64,000 nt of DNA, taken from assembly GCA_965603825.1 (NCBI GenBank), contig CBFDEM010000047.1, forward strand, positions 682,001-746,000. Direction: 5' to 3'. A program made the position numbers and the translations under genes. The notes beneath the pieces are model-generated. The model searched no databases, was not told the DNA's origin, and saw only the letters and a list, made by a program, of their open reading frames with translations. Shown piece by piece: positions 11,948 through 24,584 of this stretch (within the stretch, counting starts at the first letter, position 1; each line of letters opens with the position of its first letter). This DNA is from Blepharisma stoltei ATCC 30299 (lineage: Eukaryota > Protista > Ciliophora).

Positions 11948-13957
11948 TTAAATTTTAATTACTTCAATTTTCGCAATATTTTCGGTTTGTTTTTTAAAAA
12001 TAGCTAATTCTTCAAAAATTTCGTCATTCAATGGATTTTTCAATAAAGGCTTAGAATTAATAAAAAGCCCTGAAAATCAATTATTATCTGAATCCAAAGC
12101 TTCTCCTCGGCCATGAGGAATTCCTTCTATCCATTCTCCTGTATAATAACTTCCGTCATAAAAATAAATCGACCCATTCCCATGCACAATATCATTAACA
12201 AATTTGCCTTTATAAGTCATTTTATGAAGGGTTAAAGTTCCAGCTCCATCTTTGACCCCAGCAACCCAATCTCCAAAATAGTCGCCTATATTTTCAATTT
12301 TAAGCTGGCCTTTGCCATGAAATTTGCCTTCTCTGAACTCTCCTTTATAAATGCACTTATTTTCTGTAAAAATAAATTTCAACACTCCTCTTCCATGAAA
12401 TAAATGATCAACAAATTCCCCTTCATATTTAACCCCATCATTATTGGTGAACTCTCCTTTTCCATTTAATTTTCCTCTTATATAATCTCCTTTATATATA
12501 TCTCCATTGTCATTTTTTAAGCAGCCTTTTCCATTTGGCTTCCCTTTCAAAAAAAATCCTTCATAAATATCTCCATTGTATCATTTTTTAGTTGCAAATC
12601 CATGAGGTTTTGATTTTTTAAACCACCCTTCAACAAAAAATTCTTCTGTCTCTAATGCTCCTTTTCCGTCAAGATAATCATCCACAAAAATCCCTGAGTA
12701 TCTATGCCCATTTTTTAGCTTAATTTCTCCATTTCCATTGAGTTTGCCTCTGACTCATGTTCCTTTCTTTATATCTCCATCTATTGTGATTAATTTTCCT
12801 TGTCCTTGTAAGCAATACGTATTGAGCTCTCCTGTATAAATCCCATCAGCCCATTTTAGAGTCCCATTTCTGGGATTTTCATGTTCTCATTCTCCAGTAA
12901 ATGTAGACCCGTTTGGATAATTCATAGTCCCAAAACCATGAATTTGGTCGTTATCTCAGTCTCCTTTATAATAATACCCATTTCCTTCAAAAATTCCAAA
13001 CCCATGTCTTAGCCCATTAAAAAAAATCCCTTGAAAAATTTCGCCGCTGGGGAATGTCAGAGTTCCTTGGCCTTCTCTTAAATAGCTGTTTCATTGGCCT
13101 TTATATTGTGTTCCGCAAGCATATGTGAAATTATTCCCTTGCCATAAATCTTTTATAAAATGACAGTCATTAGAAATGCATGATAGTAAAGTAGATTTAA
13201 ATGCTCCTGTTTCAACAAATATTTTCCAGTCATCGCATCTCACTAATTTTCCTCGGCAAATTAATGTATTTGGGTAACTGATGATTCTTGGCCACAATGA
13301 AAAACTTTCATCTGAAATAGAAATTGATTCATAAAGTTTACTAAAAAACGCCTCCCAGTTAAGTTTCCTTATATAACCTTGTGAGGTATTTATCGATAAA
13401 ATTAAAAATCTTATAAAAGATTCTTGGAAAACGTCCCATCTTACAGCTGCTTTTCCGCTGATATGGTTATTCCAAAACTCTTCAGCTTCTGAAGCTTTAG
13501 CATGATTATTAAGCAAATCCAAGGTTATTTTTTTCTTAATCCCATGCTTAGCTATATGTACCATTTCCTTAAGAAAACTATTCGTCAATTTAGGGTCTAA
13601 AGACTTTGCGCATACGTTGGTATCTTTTCTAAGAGGACTTTGTCTGTTAGATAGCATAGAATCAATAAGTTCTTCAATGCAAGGTTCTCTAGGGTCTATA
13701 TAAAATATCTTGTTTTTTCTAGGGGAAGGGGAATAAATTTCGTCTTCTTTAATAGCAAATGGATTTTTGCATCGAATAGGCGAAGGCGAAATATCAAGCT
13801 TTTTCATGTATTCTTGAAGCTTAAGCTTTTGAAATAAATTAACTTTAATAAGAGACCTTGGGCGCTTTAAGTCTTCGAAGCTTTTTTGAGGTGACTGAGA
13901 AAATATTCGTCGTGGCGTAAATGTTTTATCAAATTTCTCTTTTAAAGGAGATTCCAT
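11948..13957 (-). CDS. MORN-repeat protein, 669 aa
   Basis: Many YxGxW/F..G..HGxG repeats. In-frame TGAs sit on the MORN Trp (YKGQW, YKGDW, FTGEW). Stop TAA 11948-11950. Confidence 0.9.
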
Positions 13958-14565
13958 ATTATGCTTTTGTTTTACTTATGATAATGCGTTTTGTTTTGAA
14001 TTTTATTTATCATTTTTCACAAGCTAAATGCATATATTTTATTCTCGATGATGAATTTAAAATTAACTATAAAAATAAAACGCGAAGCCTTAGCTGCCTA
14101 GTATTTATAGCAGCGCATTCCCATTTGACGCTTTTAAATTGATTTTTGAATTATCGAAAACATTTATTTTTAATTTTTATGAGCAATAAATTTTAATACT
14201 GCCTGAATTTTTAACTCTATTCTAGCAAGATGTATATTAATTTCTCCCATTTATGAAAATTCATAGACCTATAGGCTTATTTTTCTTCTAGCATAAAGTA
14301 ACCAAAAACAATATCTATTTCTCAAAATTTTGCATTTCCCTTTACTCGTCATTGTATTAAATCTTCATATTTCTGCATAAATAATTAGATAAAAGTTATC
14401 TGTAACTGCTAAACCCAGTTATGCAGCACCAACAAATATTTATTTTTAAATAAACACTTTCTTTGCCAAGCAACGCAAAAAATAATAAAATCAAAAAATT
14501 AATGTATAGTTGTCTTTTCTTTGATCATATAATGAATTCCTATTGAAAATGCAAAAATAAAGGAT

Positions 14566-15129
14566 ATGGGTATTTGTATGAGTAAGCATTCCCATCGAAA
14601 GGTGTCAGTTAAAGCGAGAAACAATGACCAAGGCCCAGATTTAGCTAAAATAAGAGCAGAATTGATTTCAAGAATTCACAGTTTGCATTCTGTGAAATCT
14701 GAATGCAAACAAGGGATCGAAATCTGTGCGATCCAGAAAGAAAAAAGCAAAGCAATTATACTGAAAGCTAAGCAAGAATATATAAACGGAAAGCTAAAAG
14801 AAATCCAAGACCTGATTAAACTAATAGATGATTCGCAAGATAAGCCTATAAAAGATAAAAATATGATAGCAAGCCATGCTTTAAAGCTAAATGAAACCCT
14901 TGACCCTATTTTGATTGAAAACGATATTGATGAAATTATTTCTGGAAGAGAAAGGAAACAATACGACGAAATTCTCCAGAGAAGCCAAATCTTTAACAAG
15001 GACAGCTTGGACATTCCTAGTCAAGTTGATCAGCTTTTTGAGTCTTCAGCATCTTTAAATGAGCCAAATTCTGGTGGAGTGAGAAGGAAATATAATAGAA
15101 GAACTAAAAGCTCAGGGAAACTTCTTTAA
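14566..15129 (+). CDS. Hypothetical helical protein with MGICMS N-myristoylation/palmitoylation-type leader, 187 aa
   Basis: Uninterrupted ATG-TAA ORF in AT-rich flanks; Gly2, Cys4, Ser6. Confidence 0.8.
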   Translation: MGICMSKHSHRKVSVKARNNDQGPDLAKIRAELISRIHSLHSVKSECKQGIEICAIQKEKSKAIILKAKQEYINGKLKEIQDLIKLIDDSQDKPIKDKNMIASHALKLNETLDPILIENDIDEIISGRERKQYDEILQRSQIFNKDSLDIPSQVDQLFESSASLNEPNSGGVRRKYNRRTKSSGKLL

Positions 15130-16032
15130 ATAGTACTGGAAACTATAAAGCTTAGAAAATGAGAGAAATGAAGATATTGATTAATATAATATGAATTTAA
15201 TTGGTAAAAGTGTAAGGAAAACTGAATTATATTAAATGAATGCTTTAGCAAGAGATATATATAGTGGCCATATAAGTTTAAAATAGGATGACATTTGCTA
15301 GTATTATTTGAATAGAACATGTTTGAAATTATATTGTTTTTTATTAAAATATAGATCCAACTTCTTTGATAAATCGCACTGTATCATGCATAAAAACTAG
15401 ACAAATTAACTTGCCTAAAGCACAAACTTATATTATAAGTAAAGGATCTGGTAGATAACTGATATATTTGATACTAAAACACTTAAAAAAGTTAAGAACC
15501 TAAGGGCAGTAATATTACTATATTTGAAAAAGATGCCATACTTGAAAAAAAGAAGAATAGTCAAAATGTATTTTAAAAAATGACTTCAATTATAATTTGC
15601 GATTAAATATTAAATTTTAATTTTAAATAAAAATCTACCAAAAATAGTTTATTTTAATGTCATGATGAATTATTTAAATATTTTATTTAGCTATTATCAT
15701 AAGCAAAAGTTATTTTCTTTAGCATTAAGAACTTCTTATATATTTTTAATTTTAAATTTTTACTAATAGCTCTTATGCTTATGGGATTGGGGGTTCTTTA
15801 ATATCTGAGGTCTACTATAACTTAAATTGATGCAAGTAATATAAAAATGGCTTGATGCAAGATGTGAATGAATATGATCTAGCTAATAATAATTCATTTA
15901 TAAATTTTTAAAATATACTAAAACTTCAATATATCTTAAGGAATTGAACATAGATATGGATATTAATCCTTATAAAGATTCAAAACTTCAGCAAAGGTAA
16001 AAGGTAGTATAGTTCGCACTATGTGCAATTCA

Positions 16033-16172
16033 AATAGGGAGCAGAGTGATTGAGCAGAATAGAGGTAGCTCATCTGCTAACTCTCAAATTGGCAGATCTA
16101 ATGATACTGCAGACTTATTAACTCGTGCTAAGAAATAACTTTCTATATTGTTTCATTATTCTGCTCCCTATT
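16033..16172 (+). ncRNA. Candidate structured RNA: 33-bp imperfect stem closing a branched head
   Basis: 16033-16065 pairs with 16140-16172 (24 Watson-Crick, 7 G-U, 2 mismatches, no A-C). Internal hairpins 16072-16097 and 16099-16120. Family not recognised. Confidence 0.5.
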
Positions 16173-16322
16173 CAGAGCTACAATAAGGAACGATCTTGAA
16201 TAATTCAAGTAAGATCATAAAATTTGCAATTTCGAAAAATATAAACTTTCACAAAGCCTATAAGAAGAAGATTTCTAAGTAATTATAAATATCTTATCAA
16301 TTATTTTAAATCATTAATCTAT

Positions 16323-16721
16323 CTATGAATCTAAATCTACATCTGGAAATCCTAATTGTATTCCCACATGCTTTTCCTGCTCCATAACTCTTGAATCAAG
16401 CAACAAAATATCTTGCTGAATTTTAATTTTTCCTTGGTTTAATGCAAAAAGTTGATGCTTAAGTAAAGTAACATCAGTTCCAATATCATTGAGTTTATTT
16501 TTAAGGTTTTTTTCAAGTTTCTCAGTTTCGTTTAAGGCTGAATTTGTAATATCGTTGCAAGATTCATTGGCTATGTGATTAATATCTCTTACTCCACCCT
16601 TTAGATCCTGAAAAAGAGTGCGGTTTAAGTTGAGTTCTTGCTTTAGGTCTTTAAGCCTTTGGTTTAGATGCAAAATGAATTCTTTTATAGTGGGCTCTCT
16701 GCTTGGTTCAGAAAACTGCAT
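16323..16721 (-). CDS. Small coiled-coil protein, 132 aa
   Basis: First ATG at 16721 (MQFSEP), heptad-rich, TAG stop. Confidence 0.75.
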   Translation of the reverse strand: MQFSEPSREPTIKEFILHLNQRLKDLKQELNLNRTLFQDLKGGVRDINHIANESCNDITNSALNETEKLEKNLKNKLNDIGTDVTLLKHQLFALNQGKIKIQQDILLLDSRVMEQEKHVGIQLGFPDVDLDS

Positions 16722-17172
16722 GGGTAGAGATAAAAATGTTACATTTATACACAAAATTAGGCTTGGTTCAACAGCAAATTGTAATTAAATTTAAGATTTA
16801 AGCATAGAAGGCTTTATATTTTAAGGCTTTTAAAAAGCTATAAAGCTATTTGGATAGAGATAAATAAAAACAATTTTATTTTATTATGAAATTGTTATGA
16901 AGAAACTGTTTATAGTTCTTATCTAAATTTTAAATTCATAATTTTAATCATATTTGTGTATGCACTTCTTATTAATTTGAAAAGAAAATACTTATAATTA
17001 ATAATTTTTGAACTTGTCAGCAGCGTTCAAAAATAGGAAAAATTGCTTAATTTCCTATGGCTTAGCATTTTTGAGTGCTAATGCCATTATACTCTTTTTG
17101 TCTAAAATACAATATTTGAAATGGCTCCATTTATACGTTAAGTCATTTCACTGAAAAATTTATAAAATAATA

Positions 17173-18156
17173 ATGGGCTGCGGAGGTTCAAAAAAAGACG
17201 TCAAAGCTCCAGAGAATATTTCTCTGGAAAAAACAACAAAGAGTGCTGATAATGCCAAGACTATTCCAAGCATAAAACTCTCAGAAAATATTGAAAATCC
17301 AACAGTTGCTTCATTTTTCCATCAAGCAACTAATACAATTTGTTATGTAGTTGCCTGCCCAAAGACCAAAAAATGTGCAGTGTTTGATTCTGTGTTAGAT
17401 TATGACCCAGTTTCCTTAAAAACATCAACTGTTCATGCAGATGGAGTGATTGCTTATATTATTGAAAATAATTTTGAGGTAAATTATATCATTGATACCC
17501 ATGTCCATGCCGATCACTTAACAGGTTCAAAAATATTAAAAGAAAAGTATCCTAATGCTAAAGTTTGTATAGGTTTCAATGTAACTACAGTTCAAAAAGT
17601 CTTCCAAAGAATCTTAAACTTGCTAGACCTTAAAACTGATGGCTCACAGTTTGATAAACTTATAAAAGATAATGAAGAAATCCCATTAGGTGATCTAAAA
17701 ATAAGAGGAATTTACACACCTGGGCACACTCCTGCATGTATGAGTTATGTGGTAGGGGATTCTTTGTTTACTGGCGATACCATATTTATGCCAGATTTCG
17801 GGACTGCCCGTTGTGATTTTCCTGGTGGTTCTGCTGACACTTTATATGACTCAATACAAAAACTCTTTGGGCTACCTGACAATTTTAGAGTATTTGTGGG
17901 GCATGATTATGGGACAAAGTCCAGAAAAGAAGCATGGGAAACCACAATGGTAGAAGAAAAGCTGCATAACTTGCATTTAAATAGCAATACTCCTAGAGAA
18001 CAATTTGTCAAGTGGAGAAGCGACAGAGATGCAACTTTAGAGCTCCCGAAACTTATAATGCAGTCTATACAGCTAAATTTAAGGGCAGGTAATTTCCCTC
18101 CTCCAGAGGAAAATGGCACCTCGTATTTCAAGCTTCCTATTAATCCTAAATTTTAA
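17173..18156 (+). CDS. ETHE1: Persulfide (sulfur) dioxygenase, ETHE1/Blh-like MBL-fold enzyme, 327 aa
   Basis: DTHVHADHLTG, TPGHTPAC, FTGDTIFMPDFGTARCDFPGG, VFVGHDY. Confidence 0.92.
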   Translation: MGCGGSKKDVKAPENISLEKTTKSADNAKTIPSIKLSENIENPTVASFFHQATNTICYVVACPKTKKCAVFDSVLDYDPVSLKTSTVHADGVIAYIIENNFEVNYIIDTHVHADHLTGSKILKEKYPNAKVCIGFNVTTVQKVFQRILNLLDLKTDGSQFDKLIKDNEEIPLGDLKIRGIYTPGHTPACMSYVVGDSLFTGDTIFMPDFGTARCDFPGGSADTLYDSIQKLFGLPDNFRVFVGHDYGTKSRKEAWETTMVEEKLHNLHLNSNTPREQFVKWRSDRDATLELPKLIMQSIQLNLRAGNFPPPEENGTSYFKLPINPKF

Positions 18157-18165
18157 ATAAAAAAA

Positions 18166-19266
18166 TTAATTACTCAATTGAGATTCTTGACCATCTTCTT
18201 GGAATTTTGGACATGCAAAATTTTTTCCCAATAAATTAAGGTTATAAGCTTCAGTTGTTTTGTACATCATGTCATCCCTTGGGCTAAGACTTTTTATTGT
18301 GGGGATATGATATGCGCTATATTAATGTTACCCTCTTATAGTGCTTTGCTTGTAAAATGCTCGGTCATATCTTTCTAAATCTGGAGAATGGGGAGTTCTT
18401 AATATATGCTCGTGTATTAATGGCTTTCTGGCAGGGTTTTTATTGAAATCGATAAGCGTGAAATTAAGTCTGGGCATGAGCTTTTCTTCATTTTTATTAT
18501 AAGGCCCAGGAGTTTCTCCAATCTTATGCAGATCTTTTCTCGGTATCATTTTATCAAAAGCTACAGTTCTTGACCTTTTATGCTTAGAATTATTTGTATC
18601 TGCTGAGGCATAAAACTCAAACCTCAGCTCATTCGGTGGATTCGACGATTTCACAAAAGGATCCCTTGGTTTTTGTATTTTAAAGTCCAAAGGCGATTTA
18701 ATCTTATGGCCCGGTTTCTCAGGAATAGGACTTACACTTTCTGACTGTTTGCTGAACTTGTCTTGATAATCATTTAGGTTATATATTGTTCGACTTAATT
18801 TATTATCATAATACCCTATGCTTGTCTTCGAATATTCTGCTGGAAATGAGCAATTTAAATCATCATCTACACAAGCAGGAATAAAAATTTTTCTCTGTCT
18901 TGGGACTCCTATTTTTTCCTTTATTTTTGGAGCTTGGTTAATTCGTGGATCTATAACATTATATTTAGGTGTATATCTTCCTACCTTAGGAGACTCAGTT
19001 TTATTGCGATATGCGTGATCTCTTTGTTCTCGTGAAACTGATACAAAAGAAGCTGTGCATTTTTGGGGCTTATTTGCTTTAGCTTTTTCTTCATCCTCGA
19101 GTTCTTTTTCAATGCTTTCTAGGAGCCCTTTGATGCCAGCTGCTGGAAGAGGCTCAGGCTCCTTTATTTTTGCCTTTCTTTTCGGGGATAAATTTAAGTT
19201 TGCGAAGAAGTGGATACTGGCTTTGCCTTGGCGAGAAAAGAGGACTTCGTTTTTTAGAATTTCCAT
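18166..19266 (-). CDS. Pro/Lys-rich protein with SHIPPO/ODF3-like (STPGR-type) repeats, probable ciliary/microtubule-associated, ~361 aa
   Basis: ATG 19266 (MEILK). Motifs SPKVGRYTP and TPGPYN. The 15-nt intron 18317-18331 extends the frame to TAA 18166-18168. Confidence 0.7.
18317..18331 (-). other. 15-nt intron GTAACATTAATATAG
   Basis: GT..AG, A at -6; removes in-frame TAA codons. Confidence 0.88.
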
Positions 19267-20319
19267 TAATATGCAGAAATCAGTTAAGTTTAATAGAGAT
19301 TTATTAACAAAAAATATAATTTTGCAATAAAATAAGATAAAGATATTATCAAAATTATTCGAAAATAGCATTATGATTTTCCCAATTCATCATTTGTTTC
19401 TTGTAATTTTCTCATCATAATTAGCTTGAAATATCTTTTAAAATGGATAAATTTCGTATTAAAAATGAATAGAATTCTTTCTTGATGTATAATAACTACA
19501 AAAATGGATTTTATCTTTTGATCAGAAAACCCGATTTGCCAATAAAATGCATGCAATCTTTATATTTAATATGCTTGATGTGAGTATTTAAATATCTGAC
19601 ATACAAATTATATTAAATAAACAAAATTAGATTTTTATAAAAATAGTTAATTTAGAACAAAGTTTTGGGCTTGTTAGAGTAAAAAAATCAATTCAGGAAA
19701 ATAGAGATAAGCTAATCAATCATTTTATGGGTATCAATCCGAAGGAGAAAATTTAGCATTCTGTCTATAGATTAACCATTTTAATTAAGCTTAGTAAGTC
19801 ATTTATTTTTATACCCGGAAGTGCATCAATAGGCCACTTTGCTTGCACAATCTTTCAATTTATTTAATTATTTTTTTCTCTCCAGCTTCAGAAAAATAAA
19901 TCTAGGGAAAATGGGTTTATTAATATATTTTCTCTGATAATAGACTCATGATCAATCTAATTTATATCTAATTATCTCTAAAATCTTAATTGTCAGCTAA
20001 TCTCTAAAATCCTTAAGTAAGCATAATTAGCCAAAAATTTTCTCATCATTAAAAGCTCTTGATTAATGGCTATATTTATAAATCACATTAATTTTAAGAC
20101 TTCTACTAAGGATTAACTTTTTCAGCTCGCAAAATTTATAGAGAAAAAATTCCCCTTCAGGGTAAATTCTTTCAAAATTTAACAAAAATCGAATTGCTAT
20201 CAATTTTTATGTTTTTTTAAATATGATAAATAAATCGTTTATATCCTCAGAATCACGCATTTTCTGATCTCAAAGTTTAATATTAGTAATACTCATAATT
20301 TAATAAGGAGTGCCAGAAA

Positions 20320-22512
20320 ATGAGAATGATTAGTAATAATAATATGAATAAGTATCATGAAACCTGATGGAAAGAAGAAGTCAACGAAACTTTTCAAATT
20401 TTGAAGAAATACATTTATCTTTCTATGGCAATAATAGTAGCTGCTTGCTTGTTTTGTCTTTTACTGGTTAATTCAAGTATATCAATATTCGTAATCCAAG
20501 CGCCGTTCATAGTAATTCACAGTTGTACGTTTTTGATTCTCCCTTATTTAGAAAATAAAAATGCAATTCTCAAGGCGATTTCCTCAATTGCATATGCTGA
20601 ATTATCAGGGATTTCGCTTTTTTATCAAGCTCGCCACCTATCATCTGAACACAGGATTCTTATAGAGATGCATGCAGTTCTAATTGTGAAGCATTTAGAG
20701 CTACCTTTTATTAAGTCATTTTGGCTTAGAAATTTGATATATGGAAGACATGTATTTTTGTGGTATTACATTAAATATTATTATGGAGAGCTAAGCTTCG
20801 CAGAAAATTTTTCGATGCATATGACAACTGTATATGTTTTAATTATTTTCAATCTGATATCTTATTATAGGTTGAAATCCTCATTCGAAAGGTTTTTATA
20901 CAGAAAAGAGCAAGAAGCTGCTGAGAACAGACTTGGAGTCATAATGAGTGCATATCCAGGCGGAATTCTCGTAATTTCAAGTCTTGAAAAAATTGAATAC
21001 TGCAACTCTACAATGCTTAATCTGCTTTCCTGTACTTATTTCGAAATTTTCCCATTGCTTGAAGGGGTTCAATACTCAAAAGATAAAAAGTTTTCCAATA
21101 TAACAAATTCAAATAAACTTATTGATGATATTCAAATTTTATTTGGATCTGAGACAAACCATGAAGTGATGCTTGGCATCTCAGTGATAGGAGAAAATAG
21201 TATTGAGTGGAAGGCAATAAAAGTCCTTTGAGAAGATAAATTTGCATTAATCATTTATGCCAGGAATGCAAATCAGATTATACAATTGGAACAAACTATT
21301 TCAGAAAATAAAATAAAGACTGTGTTGTTGCGATCTGTGTCCCATGAACTTAGGACTCCAATTAATGCAATTTCATTTTTAGTCCATGATTTGATTGAGG
21401 ATGTGAAAATCATATTGGCAAAGTCGCATTTAAAAAAGTTAAAAATGATATCTGTTTCTTCAAAATTGCTATTATCCCTTGTAAATGATTTATTAGATTA
21501 TTCAAGAATGCTAGCAGGTGTATTTGCTATCCAAAAATCAAGGGTTTCCTTAAAAGAAGTGATCAGCAGCACATGCGATTTGATAAGAATTCAGGCTATT
21601 AAAAAAGGCTTAGGATTAGGGATAAGAATTGATCCAATGCTTCCTGAGTATATTTACACAGATCCTTTTAGATTAAGCCAAATTTTGCTGAATTTACTTA
21701 GCAATGCTTTAAAATTTACAATGAAAGGACAAATAGACATTTCTTGTATTTCTACTAAAGAAAATAAACTAAAAATTTCAGTAAGAGACACTGGACTTGG
21801 GATCCGTGCAGAAAAGCTACAAAACCTATTCGAAGAATTCAATACTGAAAATATACCCAATATAAATCCTCAAGGCTGTGGTCTTGGCCTCCATATTTCT
21901 AATAGATTAATTAAAGCACTTGGAAATGGAACAATAAACGTGGTATCCCAATTCGGTAAAGGTTCGATGTTTTCATTTACAATTGATATAAACGAAGAAA
22001 ATAATTCCCCTGCTGATTTATCAATAATTTCTAATGAAAAAGACTCGCTATTTGATGAAGAAAACCAAAACGTCATCACAGTCAAACAATTTTTCACGTT
22101 CCACGAAGGAAAAACTCAATCCCCAAAGGTTTTAATAGCAGACGATAATGATTTTAACAGAATTATTATTGGGACTCTACTAAAGCGAAACGGGATTTTA
22201 TTTGACGAAGCCTGCAATGGCAAAGAAGCAGTCGACAAAATTGCACTCAAGAGCTCCAAAGAAAAGCAATACTCAGTCGTCATAATGGACTGTAACATGC
22301 CTGAATTAAATGGGTGGGAAGCTTCCAAAAAAATATGTACACTGTATAGTGAAGGACGACTATGTGAAAAACCAACAATAATAGGACACTCTGCATATAG
22401 CTCAGCTGAGGACATTTCTTTATGCTACCAAAGCGGGATGGCAGAAGTGCTAGTAAAGCCTTGCAGCCCTGAAGAGATTTTAGGGACCATAAAAAAGTAT
22501 CTGACAAGTTAG
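20320..22512 (+). CDS. Membrane-bound hybrid sensor histidine kinase (TM, PAS-like, HisKA, HATPase, receiver), ~730 aa
   Basis: H-box SVSHELRTP, N-box QILLNLLSNALKFT, G1 DTGLGI, G2 GCGLGL, receiver ADDNDFN...IMDCNMP...KP. Two TGA=Trp join the fragments. The start may be one of several nearby ATGs. Confidence 0.93.
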
Positions 22513-22560
22513 TAATATTTTTTTTCAATTTTATTTAATTATAATAGTAATTATTTATAA

Positions 22561-23793
22561 TTATTCAGAATGGGAAGTATGGGATTCAGATGGCTGTGAG
22601 GTAGGATGAATATTAGGGAGCGTTGTATTTAATTCTTGGTGCAGTCAGGAGTCTTGTAATGCTTCTCTAGCTGTAGGTCGAATACTTGGCAATGGCTCTG
22701 TTAATCTTAAAACAAGTGTTGATGCGTATTTTGAGACATTTTTCCAAGCTGGATGTTGAAAAGAAATTTTGCCTTCACGATTTTTTATAAGGACATCATT
22801 TATATTTTTACCGTTAAATGGCATTTTGCCACTCAATAAGATGTATAAAATGACTCCTAAACTAAATAAATCAGCTTTGGCATCATAGTAGTGTTTCCTC
22901 AGTATCTCAGGAGCGATATATCCAGGAGATCCACACCTTAGATGTAAGCCTTCAGTGACTTCTGCTGCTAAGCCGAAGTCAATAATTTTGAAATCATAAT
23001 CATTTTCTTCGGAGACCATAAGAATATTTTCTAGCTTAAGATCTCTATGAACTATATCTAATGAGCTCATATAGTCTAAAACTCCAAGCATTTTTTCAGC
23101 GAAATGAGAAACCGTTCTCTCATTGAACACTTTTTTTTTGACCATTCTTGAATGTAAGTTGCCTCCTTCTACATAATCTGTGACTAAGTAGATAAGGGAT
23201 GAATCTTCATATACGTAATGAAGTTTTACAATATTTGGATGGTCAAGCATTCTCATGATTTTTATTTCATCAGCCACGCTGTTAAGACTGCTGGTGGTGC
23301 TGAAGTTATTTTTATTAATAGCTTTAACTGCATAAGGCTTTGAGTCATTATTGCTTAAAGCTAAATAGACAACCCCAAAGCTGCCGCTTCCTATCTCTTT
23401 TACGATGGAAAAATCGTTCGAGAAGTCAGTCATAATGCAGGTTGGGAGCAGGACGTCTAGTCACTCATTTAATTTTTCTTCATTTTCTACATAAAAATCC
23501 CGAGAGCATCCTCGATGACCAACCGAAAACCCAAACCTTTCTTTATCACCGTTAACCTCTGTAAAAGGCTCAATTATCTTCCAATCTAATAAAGTTATTT
23601 TATTAATTGAATCAGGGATAACCTTTATAAGATAGTTTTTGATCAGAATTAGTTCACAAGACTTGATAGCTCCTTGTTTTGCTTTATAAAAAACTTTGTT
23701 TTTGAAGACTATGCTGCTATTTTTGTTTTTTTCTGGCTTTCAGAACTTATAAGAGCCCTGAAACCTACTATTTATGGACTCAAACAAGGACAT
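22561..23793 (-). CDS. PH-like domain + CaMK-group Ser/Thr kinase (copy 1), 410 aa
   Basis: GSGSFG, AVK, HRDLKLEN, DFG, CGSPGYIAPE. N-terminal PH-like region ending DFYVENEEKLNEW(TGA)L. Confidence 0.92.
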
Positions 23794-24584
23794 TTATATT
23801 TATTACTGACAATATCTTTTATCAATTTATCAAATTATCAGTGTTTTTTTGGCAGTTTTATAAAAATAATTAAATAAAATTCATAGAAATTTTATATATA
23901 AAAAATGTAATTTTTAATAGAAAATCAACAGAAAATTAAAAAAAATTTAAAATTGGTTAAATTCATCTACAAAGAGGTGATGATTACTGTACTTGAATAG
24001 CTTGCTTTCTAATTTTAGGCTCTAGCGAGCAAAGAAAGATCCTATTTATCAAAGAAAAAATTCTAAATTTTTGGGTATAGCCTGTTTTGCTATCTAAATT
24101 AATCTTTTGTGCAATTTTTTTATATTTCTTAATAATTAAAAAATATTTAAATTTAGAACGAAATAAATAAAAGGAATAATATTTAAAAATCTTATTCTCG
24201 AAATAAAAGAACTGAGGGAAGATTTTTCAGTGTTTAGATATAGAGGTTGTATTATATTGGAATTCACATTTTTTTTTGAATTGAAAAATAAAATGCAATA
24301 TCAAAAATTAAAATCAATCTATTAATTTCTATAGTTTATAAAGACAACTCAGTCAAAATCTACAAATTATAATTTCTTATTTTACTTATTTTGCTTAATA
24401 TAAATTTAAATTACATCTAAAATTATTATAATTTATTTTCTTCATTTACTTATAAAATAATAAACATCTTAAATCTCCATATTATTTTCTAAAAATGCGT
24501 AAATTATTTTTTGAAGTATTATAAACTTTCCATATGTCTATTTAAAATTGTAAACATTTAAGTTTAGTAAAAGCTATAATTATC

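Noticed and set aside
16033-16172. SRP RNA or SECIS assignment
   Set aside because: No SRP helix-8 CAGG/GNRA/AGCA motif, no convincing SECIS core, and no adjacent same-strand selenoprotein gene.
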